Source: Eledone cirrhosa (lineage: Eukaryota). From it: DNA of 64,000 nucleotides. The number at the start of each line of letters is the position of its first letter. Position 1 is the first letter of the stretch. Shown in pieces: positions 29,179 to 41,934 of the stretch. Below the pieces are notes generated by a model that worked only from the letters and a program-made list of their open reading frames with translations, ran no database searches and was not told the origin of the DNA. The translations under genes were made by a program, and so were the position numbers. The DNA lies in the NCBI GenBank assembly GCA_964016885.1, contig OZ024740.1:365056001-365120000 (forward strand), written 5' to 3'.

Positions 29179-29544
29179 GTAGTGAAAGAGTGAAGAATAA
29201 CATGGTCGGCTGTACAAAAAGGATTCCGATGATTTAATCAGAGACACACACTGTATTTAAGGTCGAGTGATGCAGGTCGAGGGATTAGCAGCCATTAGAC
29301 TCACCTGATCAATGAAACAATTGTTAATACTGTTAATAAAACCCTTTTTGTACAGCCGACCATGTTATTCTTCACTCTTTCACTATTATTCCTCCAAGAA
29401 TAACCTGCATGGGAATTCTCGCAAACTCGCTACCTAACTAAGGAAACCTCTTGTTGAGTCAAACAACACTGTACATTAAAACTATCCATAGTACAGAATA
29501 CTAACAACCTCTAACTAGATTACCTAAAACAATAACTTGTTATC

Positions 29545-29591
<47 letters not shown>

Positions 29592-29729
29592 CATACAGAG
29601 AGTCAGCAGTACTGAGACCGAGGAGACCACAAATCATGGGAGTACTCAATGCATGGGAAGATGCAGAGTGGGCATTGAGATAGGAGTAATCCTGACCATG
29701 GTTGGAATTACTCCTATCTCTCTCTATGT

Positions 29730-30050
29730 ATTATCATCATTATACATGTTGCTGGGCTTCAGTTAATTCCAATGATTGGATGACTGATGCTCGAACTGCC
29801 TGTTTGTGAAGTTAATGTGCAAGTGGCTGAGCATTTCACAGATAGGTATACTCTTAATGCAGTTCTCAGGGAGATTCAATGAGATACAATGTGTGACAAG
29901 GCTGTTACCTTGAATTACATGCACAACTCATTTTTCTTGGTGGAGTGGACTTGAACAACATGAAATAAAGTTCCTTGTTCAAGCTGCTTGGGCAAGGAAT
30001 TGAAGTTATGACCTTACAATTGTGAGCCGGAAGTCCTAACCACTAAGCTA
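29730..30050 (-). mobile_element. Decayed tRNA/CORE-like SINE
   Basis: gcttagtggttagg head; cttgaacaaggaactttatttc core. Confidence 0.55.
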
Positions 30051-30194
30051 TGTACCTTTATACACGCACACACTCATATATATAAATGAATGTATGTGAG
30101 TGAGTGTTTTAATAAGGTAAACAAGCTCATGGGTGGAAATTGTGTTGAACATTTCGTTCTGTTTATCTATCAATCTCTTTCTCTCTCTCAATAC

Positions 30195-30267
<73 letters not shown>

Positions 30268-30849
30268 CTGAAATTACATGCATTGTGAATATAAGCTTCA
30301 AGTTTTACCAAGTCTCAAGAAAAATTCCAAGAAATAAATGAGAAAATCTTATAATCATACACAGAATATCATATTAGAAACTATTGAATATTCATATTTA
30401 CAATACAAAACCCTTTGATATAGTTGAAACCTTACCTTGATATATCAGGCTATCTCATTATTCACCTGATAGTATTTCAATATATGATAACAAAAATATG
30501 GAATGTTTGATGCACATTAACTAAAGAATATAATTTTTTTATTCTATAGCAAGGAGTGTATTATGTTACTATTCAGTTTTCAAACAATAGTTGGTTTAAA
30601 ATATTTTAACAAGTATTTTGATTTGTGGCAAATAAAATATATTCATTTTCAACTGAATGGGTCTTTTTAGTGAAGCATCTCTGACAGTATATTTATTTTC
30701 TCCAAGAGCAAAGTTCATAAACATCTCAATCTTGTTTATTAACTTTGTAAATACAAATCTGCTCGTTTTTTTTCTTATTATTATTTTTTTGAACTATCTT
30801 CCAAAGAAGATGACATGTAGTTGTAGCCAAGTTATTCCAGAATGATATG

Positions 30850-31630
30850 AAAGCTTATGCAAATCTGTGATTGCAGAAGACATTATAGAAAAACTTCATA
30901 AAATCTTGTGTTAGTCTGTGATTCAAAAAGACAGAGAAAAGTTTCACAAAATCTTGTGTAAGTCTGTTATTCCAGAGAAGTCGCACAAAATATTATTTAA
31001 GTCTGTTATTCTAGAATAATACATTAGAGAGAGTCTCACAAAATCTGTGTCTATGATTCACGAAGATTACATTAGAGAAAGTCTCACAAAATCTGTGTCT
31101 ATGATTCATGAAGAATACATTAGAGAAAGTCTCACAAAATCTTGTATTAGTCTGTTATTCAAGAAGACATTAGAGAGAAGTCTCACAAAACACACTGTCT
31201 GTTATTCCAGAATAAGACATTAGAGAGGGTCTCATGAAATCTGTGTAAGTCTGTTATTCTAGAAGAATACATTAGAGAAGTCACACAAAATATTATTTAT
31301 GAATAATACATTAGCAAGAGTCTCACAAAATATTGTGTCTTATTCCAGAATAAAATTGTGTGTTAGTCTGTTATTCCAGAAGACATTTGAGAAATCTCAC
31401 ATTATATTATCGGTAGAGGGTCGGACGCCATGCTTTTCAGCATAGTTACATAACTTTACGATCTGAGTTCAAATCCCGCCGAGGTTGACTTTGCCTTTCA
31501 TCCTTACGCGGTCGATAAAATAAAGTACCAGTAATGCACTGGGTAATTGCTGGCCTTGTGCCTAAAGTAGAAACAATTATATTATGTATGTCTATGATTC
31601 CAGGAGAAGACATTAGAGAGTAGTCTCATC
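30850..31630. repeat. ~42-50 bp minisatellite array interrupted by a SINE
   Basis: About 12 imperfect units of gaagacattagagaaagtctcacaaaatcttgtgtaagtctgttattcca. Confidence 0.85.
31411..31575 (+). mobile_element. Young tRNA-derived SINE (Meta-domain-like centre)
   Basis: B-box gagttcaaatcc; gactttgcctttcatcctt..ggtcgataaaat; 10-bp TSD attatattat. Confidence 0.85.
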
Positions 31631-32689
31631 TGATAAGAGCCTCTGTAGTCATGTTATATTTGCTAGATGTTCCTCTCAAAGAAATCATTCATGCTAATTC
31701 TGGTGCATTATGGTATACCTTAATTAAAATCTAGTAGCCAACTATTTTCAGTAAATGTGTCATGAGGGCTGGTGTTATGATAAAGTGTTACTGCTGGTGC
31801 TATGATAAAATGCACTCAGCCCACACTGTAAAGAGATAGTTCTGGTGCCATGATAAAATGAATTCAGCCCACACTGTAAAGTGATAGTCCTGGTGCCATA
31901 ATAAAACACAACGAGTGCATGCTGTAGCCATGTTAAAATGAAATGTATGAGCAAAATGTAGTCATCTTACCTGTCTTGTCTCAGAGTGTGACAACCTCTC
32001 CAAACCATATCAACATGAAAAATGGATGTAAAACATTGATGGTGATGATGGTGATGGTGGTGGTGATGGTGATGATGATGATGATACTTGTGCTTTGAGT
32101 ACTGAAATTGGACATTTTCATTATCATTGCAAATTGTGGATTGTCATCCTTCAACTAAAGTATATACTATAATGCTCCTGGTTCAGAAGTAACTGCCATA
32201 ATGATTTCATAGCTCTGAGATAACAGGCTTTTATTATCTTCTGTAATGGAATGGTTTCTAACCCTGCGATAACATGTTTATTATGTTCTGTGACTGAATT
32301 TGCCCTCTGACTCCACTCTTAGATAGGCAAATAGAACAGCTACAACAAACTATAAATGTTTTATCATCAAGGCTTTCATCGGTCCTTTTTGTGGTTTTCA
32401 TCATCTTCACTGCTGCCATTAACATCATCACAACTGCTGCCTCAGCCATCACTGTCATCATTATCATATGATTGCCTTAGTAGCCAGTTACAACCTTAGT
32501 CACTTATGGAATCAAATGGGCTTCTGATGATAAGCAATAAAGCATATTTATAGAAAAACGTTTTACAAGACTAATACTTGATATTTTAATCATTTACAAA
32601 ATGTCCACACCATCATGTTGTATATTCCCAACATCTCCAAGTAATTACAGAATGAGATGTTGCCATGCAAAGGATAGAATTAAAAACAT

Positions 32690-32978
32690 AAAACCTTTTG
32701 ATACTAAACCCCTTGAAGTTGGTCATGTTTTTTTAAAAAGTATTTATATTTATCTAAAACCCTTCCATCATACTTTCATATAAGATCCTTTGTTAAGTTA
32801 TGTTCCTTACACTAACTCTATAATGTTATATAAGAACCTTTAATAATTCATATTCCATATACTAGCTTCATAATAAAAAAGTTATATTACTAAATACCTC
32901 CAAATTCTTTATTATTTTCAAAATTATTTGAAAGACATAGGCAGTGTCTACCATTAAAATTGTGGTAATAAAAGGGTT
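32690..32978. mobile_element. Degenerate piggyBac-type MITE
   Basis: aaccttttgatact ... ggtaataaaagggttaa termini. Confidence 0.45.
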
Positions 32979-33149
32979 AATAAAGTTATCTTATGCTAAT
33001 GGCAACTAATATCCCTTTGATATCAGACAACACTTGAGATTAGTAAAACAAAAAGACATTTTATTTATAATGCACCATGACAGACTTTTATTCCTCTTTC
33101 AAACCGGAGAGTATGCTTGGATACTTACAACAAACTGGATTCCTCTCAA

Positions 33150-33510
33150 GCAGGGCTTCCACAATGACATGTCTACCAATAAAGATACTATAAACATTTG
33201 AATTAACATGTAATCACATTAGTAAGGCATTTTTGAAAAGTACAACTCAGCACTGTGATTACATCACATTAAATGTATTAATGACTTTACTTTAATACTG
33301 CAAATTTCCACAATGACATGTCAACCAGTAAGGACACTCCATGTTTGAATTAACAAGCCACATGTAACCACATTAGCAAGACATTCTGAAAAAATATAAA
33401 ATAACACTATTAATGCATCACTTTAAAAATTGAAGTCTTTACTCTAATACTGCAAACTTTCACAAGGACTGTTCACCAATAAAGATATTATAAACACCTG
33501 AATTAACAAA
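33150..33510. repeat. Diverged tandem repeat, ~150-bp unit, about 2.4 copies
   Basis: ttccacaatgacatgtc.acca.taa recurs at ~33157, ~33306 and ~33459. Confidence 0.8.
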
Positions 33511-34059
33511 GATGTTTTTATATATTTTTTGCTAAATCATTACAAGATGTTAAGAGATAATTTGGGATTATTTCTAGACATATTCACAATACTTTGCTGA
33601 GAGTGTTTTCTCTTTGTGGTATTATTATTATGTTGACTTTCAATGACTGCAAAACAAAGGTTTTGTGTGTGGTTTTCTCTGGAATTAGCTCAAAGTGCAG
33701 TCCTCTTCGACTGGGGAACTATTCCTAGTTGACATTTATTACTATTTTGTGTTGTTTTCATTACTATTGGTTACAGTTAGTGTTATTGCTATATCTACTG
33801 TTTTCCCTTTGTTCATGTTCCCTTCTATTTACTCAATATAAATCCTAATGTGTGCTTTTTTTTCTTTTTTTCTTTATATTGACTCCAAATTCATGGGCCC
33901 TTGTGGCCAAGAAGATAAGTTATTTTTATTATTATGGTTAATTTTTGCATGATTCAGACACTTAGATGTTAAACGATGTGGATATTTCAGTTAAAGAGCA
34001 GTCAACAAGTTGATGAAGATCTCACTGCATTCTCTCCTGTATCTTATATAGACAAGACC

Positions 34060-34905
34060 TTTGTCCTTAAAACCTTAAGACCTTAAAACCTTTGCTATAC
34101 CAAGAAGTGCTGTCTTTTGTATGACCTGTAATATTGCATCAATTCCAATTCTATTAATATAGTTCTCAACATTGTCCAATATGCATCCTAATACTCCAAT
34201 CACCACTGAAATCACTAAAACGTTCTTTATCCCTCACAGCATTCCAACCTCCTCCTTCAGTGGCTCATACTTCTCTATCTCCTTTTCTTGCACTCTTGTA
34301 TCAAAGGGACAAGCTACATCTATGAAAAGGCAAGATCTTTTTTCCTTGTCAAAAACCACCAGGTCAGGCCTATTATGTTTTAATTCTTTGTCTGTTTATA
34401 TTCTGAAATCCCACAACACCTTCACCCGGTCATTTTCTATCACCGACTCTGGCTTATGCTTATACCATTTCTCAGGATGAGGTAAATTGTTTAGTTTGCA
34501 TAAATACCAGGAAATCATTTTTTTCCTATGATATCATGTCTACATCTTTATAGTGAGTCTGGGCTAGATGTTTACACTTGGAAACAATGTGAGCCATAGT
34601 TTCCTGTCTCCTCACAGATCCTACAGAGCGGGCTAGCCTCCTCCTTGTCAATATAATGTTTCATCCACTTCATTCTAAGGGCTTGCTCCTGTGAAGTCAA
34701 TAGCATTCCCTCTGTGGCTTTCTGAAAATCCCCTTTATTTAACCAGTTCCAAGTCCGCAGACCTCTCAATTCTGTTTTCTTCAAAAAGATGCTATGAAGG
34801 GCCTTTTCATTCAGGCTGCTCTTCCTCTTTGTTGTTACTTCTTTCTTGGACATCCCTTGGTCTCTTCCTTCAATACAGCCTTAAGCATTGGCGTGTTATT
34901 CTCAG
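34060..34905 (-). mobile_element. R4/Dong-clade LINE 3' fragment
   Basis: QEQALR, CRIC, KVLWDF, HNRPDLVV, IDVACP, EKYEPL, QKTALLG motifs; abuts (ATT)n. Confidence 0.85.
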
Positions 34906-35339
34906 ATATAAATTATTATTATTATTATTATTATTATTATTGATCTTGGAAGGATGAAAGGCAAAATTAACTTTGATGCAATTAGAACTCAGAATGTAAA
35001 GAGCTGGATCAAATGCTGCAGGAATTTATTTGATGTTACCAATTCACAGCCCTTAACCAATCAACTGATAAATAATAACAATATTCCAAAAAGAGGATAT
35101 TTATATAGTGTAAATTATATTTATGTATGGTCCAGTAACTCCTGATAGAGTGGTAGTGGTGCCATATTATGTATGGTCCAGTAACTCCTGATAGAGTGGT
35201 AGGGGTGCCATATTGATATTCTTGTGCATTTTAAGCTTGGCAGAGCCCATTCTTCTCCAGGCCTGAGTACAGCAGATTCATCCCCCAAAAGATATAAAGT
35301 GAGAGTGGGGGAAATGAGAAAGAGATATAGAAGAAGAAT

Positions 35340-35497
35340 CAACCCTAGTTCTAGACTAGTACTTTTTTTTATCAACCTCAAAAGGACAAAAGGCAAAGTT
35401 GACCTTGGCGGGATTTGAACTCAGAGATCAGAGAGCCAGAACAAATAACATATAGCATTCTATCCGACATTCTAATGACTCTACCAATTCACTGCCT
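35340..35497 (-). mobile_element. Older SINE copy (related copies at ~23650, ~34930, ~37815-38040)
   Basis: aaggcaaagttgaccttggcgggatttgaactcag. Confidence 0.65.
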
Positions 35498-36523
35498 ATG
35501 TAAATTATATGCAGACACTGAAATCAGAATCACCTATACAAATACATAGAAGATGAAACTAACAAAATACAATACACAGAAATGGAGAAAATTAGAAAAG
35601 AGTATCACAGAAAGAAAATGAGGATTGATACAAATAGAAAACTACTACAGTAGGGTTATAAAAATACTTAAAGTAAACAAAGGAACATTGATTGGTGTAA
35701 TAAATGAAACAAAAACTTATCTCCTCTATATAAGGAAATGTTAAAGTACAATCTAGAAACTGACTACATCGAAATAAAAGGTCTAGATAAGAACAAAACA
35801 ACAGAAAAACGTAAAAAATATAAACAAAATTAAAATGGAATTTTATTTTGCAGTCTTGTCCGTGGGGCGCAGCCCTTTACCGCTGTGCCCTAGGCCCAGA
35901 GCCCAATTATCCCCCCCCCCCCCCTCATTCGTCTGTGATACTAGAGTCCTTGCCATTCCCTCCCTTTTCAGTTTTTTTCTTTTTCTCTTCCTATTTTACA
36001 TTCCATTCTTCATCTAAATTCCCTTTTTTATTAAACTGTATTTACATGATATATTCCATAAATATAATTAATCTTTCTACTAAACAAAAAATATAGAGAG
36101 AAAAACCCCTTCATAGCCAACACCTCACAAAACTTGACAGAGGAAGTTAGCCAGAGTGAACCCAATAAAGGCTTAAAATTTCTTGATTAAAAACAAAATC
36201 AGAATGTCTAGTTTTGTTTTCACAAGACCAGTGTTTTGCCACAAACAACCTCAGAAATAAAATAGTAAAAAAACGATGCTAGCATCAAGGACAGAATATC
36301 AACCATTTGAATGAAATAGTTAGCACCTATCATCTATGGCTATTAAGTCATTGCCATGCCTGAATATATTCAGACACAATCAAGTTAGTAGTGATGTCTA
36401 TGAAATAGGCAATATGTCAGATACTTTGATGTAGAAATAGATGGTATGTGGCAATGGCCTGGTCACAATCAAATCTATAGCTTTATTTTCATCTCAGAAT
36501 CTTAGTTATAGCAGCAGCAGCAG

Positions 36524-36585
<62 letters not shown>

Positions 36586-37224
36586 GTAGTAGTAGTAGTA
36601 CCATCACCACCACCACTAGCATCCACTATTGCTCTATACAACTCTGGCTATCTTCAGATCAGCAAGATTTTGTGGGAACTCAAGGATGTTAGGAAAGTCA
36701 ACAAGGCTGATTCCCCGTATTCTTAATATGATCTATAATCACATGGTATGGTAGCCAAAGAGTTAAGCATTGCTGATTACTGGGGTGTTTACAGTTTTAT
36801 CACTAAGATTAATTGCTATACATTGATGAATACATATGGAAATATAGGAAACATTAAGAACCCAACTTTATTTATCACATTTTCGTGTGATAACTAGATA
36901 TCGATTTTTATTTTTCTATTTTTTTTTTCACTAGAAACAAGCCTAACAAATATTGATTAATTGATTGCTTGAATACTGATTTGAGCTAAAGGACCAAGAT
37001 ATCTGACTCAAACTGATTGGATATTGAATCATTTTTCAATCATCTGATCTAACCCTACCCTACCCTACTCTACTCTACTCAAATTACAGTGTGGTGTAGG
37101 AGGGGGGGGGGGCACACATACAAACACCCTGTTGTTGTTGTTGTTAATAAAGTGATCTCTGTGCACAACAGAGCACACATGTAAACTCTAACCTTTTGTA
37201 AAATGCTGAGTAAACACACTAAGA

Positions 37225-37592
37225 CAATGTTGGTGCCATGATAGATTGAACCCAGTACACTCTCTAATGTGGTGGGTGATTAAATGGAGACAATATAGTG
37301 TAGAGAAGACTACTCAGTCTGGCTAACCATTTCTCAACCTCTCAAATGCTGTTGCCATGATAAAAGATACCCAGCACATTCTGTAAAATGGTAGTGCTAG
37401 TGCCACAATAAATCAAACCCAGTATACTCTGTAAGGGAGTTGGCATTAGGAAGGGCATCCAGCCTCAGAAAGTATGCCAAATATGGAATATATAAGTAAG
37501 TTGAGGTCTCTTCAACCAGTCTAGTCTGAGATCATGACAGCCTGTTCAACCCATGCCAGTATGGAAAGTGAATATGAAATGATGATGATGAG
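37225..37592 (+). mobile_element. RTE-related SINE body with tandem ~52-bp module copies and (TGA)n tail
   Basis: Repeated gtgccatgataa..acccagtacactctgtaa, then ttaggaagggcatccag and acccatgccagtatgga. Confidence 0.65.
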
Positions 37593-38404
37593 AAGTAATA
37601 TTAGAAGAAAGGCATACTTAAAGAAAGGGTATTATGGAAGAACAATGAGTAAGGTTACATCAATGGATGGAGACTAGTAAAAAGATATGAGTGTAATGAC
37701 ATCAGGAAAGGTTATAACAAACATAGAAAAGGGGCTGGTCAACAGATCGAACCATGTTTCCACTGGTTTTTCCATCGCTCATACTATCTGCCAGTCACAA
37801 TTCCTGGTTGAAGGGGGCAGGATTTGAACTCAGAACACACAGTTAGATGAGATACTGCAAAGCCTCCCATTTAACTCTTTAACTATTCCACCAATTCACT
37901 GCCCCTCAACTGGTACTATATTTAGTAGCCCCTAAAAAGTAAAGTTGACCTCAACAAGATTCGAACTTAGAGCATGGTGAGCTGGAACAAGTACTGAGTC
38001 TTTTAATCTGACACCTTAACAATTCTGCCAATTTGTTGTCTCTAAACAAAGGTTATAACACAGAATAGATCTGAAAGTAGGAATTATAAGAAAAAGCTGG
38101 ATTCAAAGTAAAAAATAGAAAGAAAAGAGTGTACATGAGTCACAAAATTTTATATTCACTTGTTTATGGTTACAAACAGGAAGAGAGAAGAAAGAAAAAA
38201 AAAAGAGAGCTGTGAGAAGGAGGAAAACTAAATAAACATTTTGGGCTGGGCAGTACATTTAAGTGGTGCACTGCAGATAAGATAGCAAAAGTATTGTCAC
38301 CAGGATTGAGGTGGGCATCTTCCTGCCAAAAACATTTTTTACAATGAATTACCTCCTTCAGGGCCCAAGTTATGGGCCTCATAACTTAACTAGCACAGGG
38401 CTAC

Positions 38405-38615
38405 ATATTGCATCAGCTATCCCACCCAACAGAGCTCATTCCTCAAGTCTGATGCCTTCATCCTAATCTGGAGAAGGAAAATACCGGAGATCTCAAAGGT
38501 AACTGACACCAAAAGGAAGTGGTCACTTATTGTTTGGTATTTAGCCATCTTCCACTCCTCTGTGGTAGTCTGGGGACCAACGACACCAGAGTTCTCAATG
38601 CTAACAGGCACAAAA
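38405..38615 (-). mobile_element. Decayed CRE-clade LINE fragment
   Basis: EEWKMAKYQTISDHFLLVSVTFEISG resembles the KY..F.PVA.ET.G motif. Confidence 0.5.
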
Positions 38616-39083
38616 ACGGTAATGATCAGTGAAAGCCCAGTATTTAGAACAAAAGGTAATTTTTTTTCATTAGGTACTAAACATTTTCCTCCTTTGCTCT
38701 ATTACGTGTTTATCTAACTCAGTAGATAAATGAACTAGATTTTCATCTCTCAGAGATGAACAGTCAAGAGAATTAATTTATGAACACACACACACATTCA
38801 CAACATGTATGCACACAAATGTAAACACACACACACACACATAAATATATATGTGTGTATATATAATGATTTCTATATTATTTTTTCATTTAACATTTGT
38901 CCCCCCCCCCAGCAAGACTTATATACACACATATATAAACATATACATATGTATGCACATATACACAAACATGCACACACTCATACACACACAATATGTA
39001 TATGAATATATATATATACACATATATACGCATACATATACATACATATATATATACACACATATACGTATACATATATATAC

Positions 39084-39146
<63 letters not shown>

Positions 39147-39434
39147 CACACACATTTATATATATGTATATATATAAATGATATATCATTATTTCCCGTG
39201 ATAATATAATTGTATTTTAAGAACTTATCATTTCTCTGAAGACACCCTCAAAGATTATAGACTGATAATGGGAAATGTTTCCAGAAAATCCATACAACAT
39301 CTTTGCATGTTGCAAGAAATTAATAAATTAGATAGAGGAAACGAGAAATCTGAGAGGAGAGAACTGTGTGAGGGGCTTTTAGGGGAAGGGAAAACATAAA
39401 AGGAATAATTTATATGTATATGTGTGTATACACT

Positions 39435-39490
<56 letters not shown>

Positions 39491-39501
39491 TGATATATAT
39501 G

Positions 39502-39547
<46 letters not shown>

Positions 39548-39551
39548 CATA

Positions 39552-40261
39552 TATGCTCCGCTGGATGTGTAATAGTAATATACGTGAATGGCAAAGCATA
39601 AATGAACTAAGGAAAAAATTAGAAATAAGAGGGATCAGATGTTGTTTACTCGAGAGAAGGTTACGTTGGTATGGTCACGTGATGCGCATGAAAGACGACA
39701 GCTGTATAACAAAGTGCAGGGCAATAAAGATAGACGGTAGCCACGGAATAGGCAGACCCAGGAAAACCTGGGACGAGCTGATAAATTCCGACCTCACACA
39801 CTTACACCTCTCCAAGACAATGTCACTGGACCGAGACCTTTGGCGGTACTCAGTAACAGAGAAGACCCGCCTTACCTAAATACAAAGTAAAACCTACTAG
39901 TCAGTAGGCATCTCTAACAAAATACACCCCCGTCCCACCCCATCCACACCGCCCGCTTCAATGCAAAGTTATGTTGGTGCCACAACATCCAGGCCGAAAC
40001 AAACGAGATCGTGTAGGTGTCACGACAAAAAAACACACAGTCCACGCTGTAATGTGGCCATGTAGGCAACACGGTAAAAACCTCCCAGTCCCACACTGTA
40101 AATGTTGTTGGTGTTAGGAAGGGCATCCAGCTGTAGAAAACCCGCCAGACAGTCCTATGCGAGCAAGACAACCACTCTTACCTCAAGTGGGAAAACCCCC
40201 GTCCAAACCCATGCAAGCGTGGAACAGGGACGTTAAACGATGATGATGATGATGATGATGA
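39552..40261 (+). mobile_element. 5'-truncated RTE family A copy with long 3'UTR
   Basis: [25 protein letters not shown]; ~380-bp 3'UTR; (TGA)n tail. Confidence 0.9.
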
Positions 40262-40722
40262 TATATACATACATATATATGAGTATATATATATATACAT
40301 ACATTATATATGAGTATATATATATATATACATACATTATATATGAGCATATATATATATATATATATATATATACTCATATATAATGTATGTATATATA
40401 TATGTGTGTATATATATATATACTATAGAGTAAAGCATGTCCAGAGAATTATTTGATAATATATATACATTATCTCTACTCCCAATCAACATAATTAACC
40501 ACACAAAAAATCAATTAGACCAGGCTATAAGAATAAAAGGCATCTATGAAGAAACAGTAAATAAATACTCCATCGTGGCATCTTCGCGTGCAACCACTAT
40601 AGAATATTTACCCAACATTTCAACAGCACTTGGAAATTAATTAAATACACGGTCAACCATACATACTTAGGTAAACATTAAGGTTAGAAATGCTTATATA
40701 CATTCCAGGACTAAATCACTAA

Positions 40723-40802
40723 ATCCCGACCCCTTGGTTTCGCTCACTTTTGAGATACCTTATTTAAGGTTCATACTCGAGTTTTAGAGCTCTTCAGGGG
40801 AT
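40723..40802 (-). ncRNA. Type I hammerhead motif with intact core
   Basis: atccc CTGAAGA gctc..gagc GAAA cc-aagg-gg TC gggat: all core nucleotides and a GUC triplet. Confidence 0.8.
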
Positions 40803-41014
40803 AAACTCACTAGGACATATTATTTTCTGAAGTGGCCTCCGCCAAACACGAATTCAAAATGGTTGAATATATATATATATATATATATACATACATTATA
40901 TATGGGTATATATATATATATATATACATACATTATATATGAGTATATATATATACTCATATATAATGTATGTATATATATATATATATATATACTCATA
41001 TATAATGTATGTAT

Positions 41015-41573
41015 GCAAAGATTGGGAATACGGAAGATGATGTGGTTGAGAGGAAGAGCAAGGCCTAGGCGGCGTGCCACAGCTTGAGATCGGTGTGGAA
41101 GTCGGACCTTCGTAGAGACCTGAAAATCCGCCTCTTCATTGCTGTAGTGGAGTCTGTGCTGCTGTATGGGTGTGAGACTTGGACACTGACCAAGAAACTC
41201 ACTCAGATGGTGGATGGATGCTACACGAGAATGCTGAAGATGGCTCTGAACATTAATCAGTATACACTGAGGATGAAAAACTCAGAGCTGTATGGGAGCA
41301 TCCCAAGAGTCAGCTCAAAAGTGACACAGAGGAGACTGAGATTAGCTGGACATGCTCACCGACATCCAGAGTTGACATTGCACTCAATACTCCTTTGGGA
41401 GCCCCTACATGGACACACTAGAAGAGGAAGACCAAGGTTAACGTATGTTGATGCCCTAAGGACAGACACTGGTCTGTTGGAGACGCAGGACATGGCAGCG
41501 ATAATGAGGGACAGAGACCGCTGGAGAGAACTCATCCATGGATCTCGAGAATTTTACCCGCCTTAGATAGATA
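41015..41573 (+). mobile_element. 5'-truncated copy of a third RTE-group family
   Basis: Open frame LLYGCETWTLT..RRLRLAGH..RRGRPRLTY; short (TAGA)n tail. Confidence 0.85.
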
Positions 41574-41583
41574 TACATTATAT

Positions 41584-41923
41584 GGAGGCACATGGCTTAG
41601 TGGTAAGAGCATTGGCCTTGCAAACGAAAGGTTGTGATTTCAATTCTCTGACCGGGTGATGTGTTGTTTCCTTGAGCAAGACACTTTATTTCACATTGCT
41701 CCAGTTTACTCAGCTGTAGAAATGAGATGATAGGGAGTGGGGTCCCTATCATTCCACTGCAAAGTGGTCGTGGAGGTGCCACGGCAAAAAAGCACCCAGC
41801 ACTCACTGTAAATGAGGTTGGTGTTAGGAAGGGCATCCAGCTGTAGAAATCAAGCCAGAATCAGTTCCCGTCCCACCCTTGCAAGCAGGGAAAAGCGGAC
41901 GTAAAATGAAATGATGATGATGA
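41584..41923 (+). mobile_element. Complete tRNA + CORE-like + bipartite RTE SINE
   Basis: tggcttagtgg A-box; ccttgagcaagacactt; RTE 5'UTR module; 43 nt identical to the RTE-B tail (52134-52176). Confidence 0.85.
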
Positions 41924-41934
41924 AAATGCTGTAT

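Noticed and set aside
30850-31630. CRISPR-like periodicity
   Set aside because: No unique spacers or cas genes; eukaryotic minisatellite.
41584-41660. tRNA gene
   Set aside because: SINE head with a degenerate B box; no full cloverleaf.
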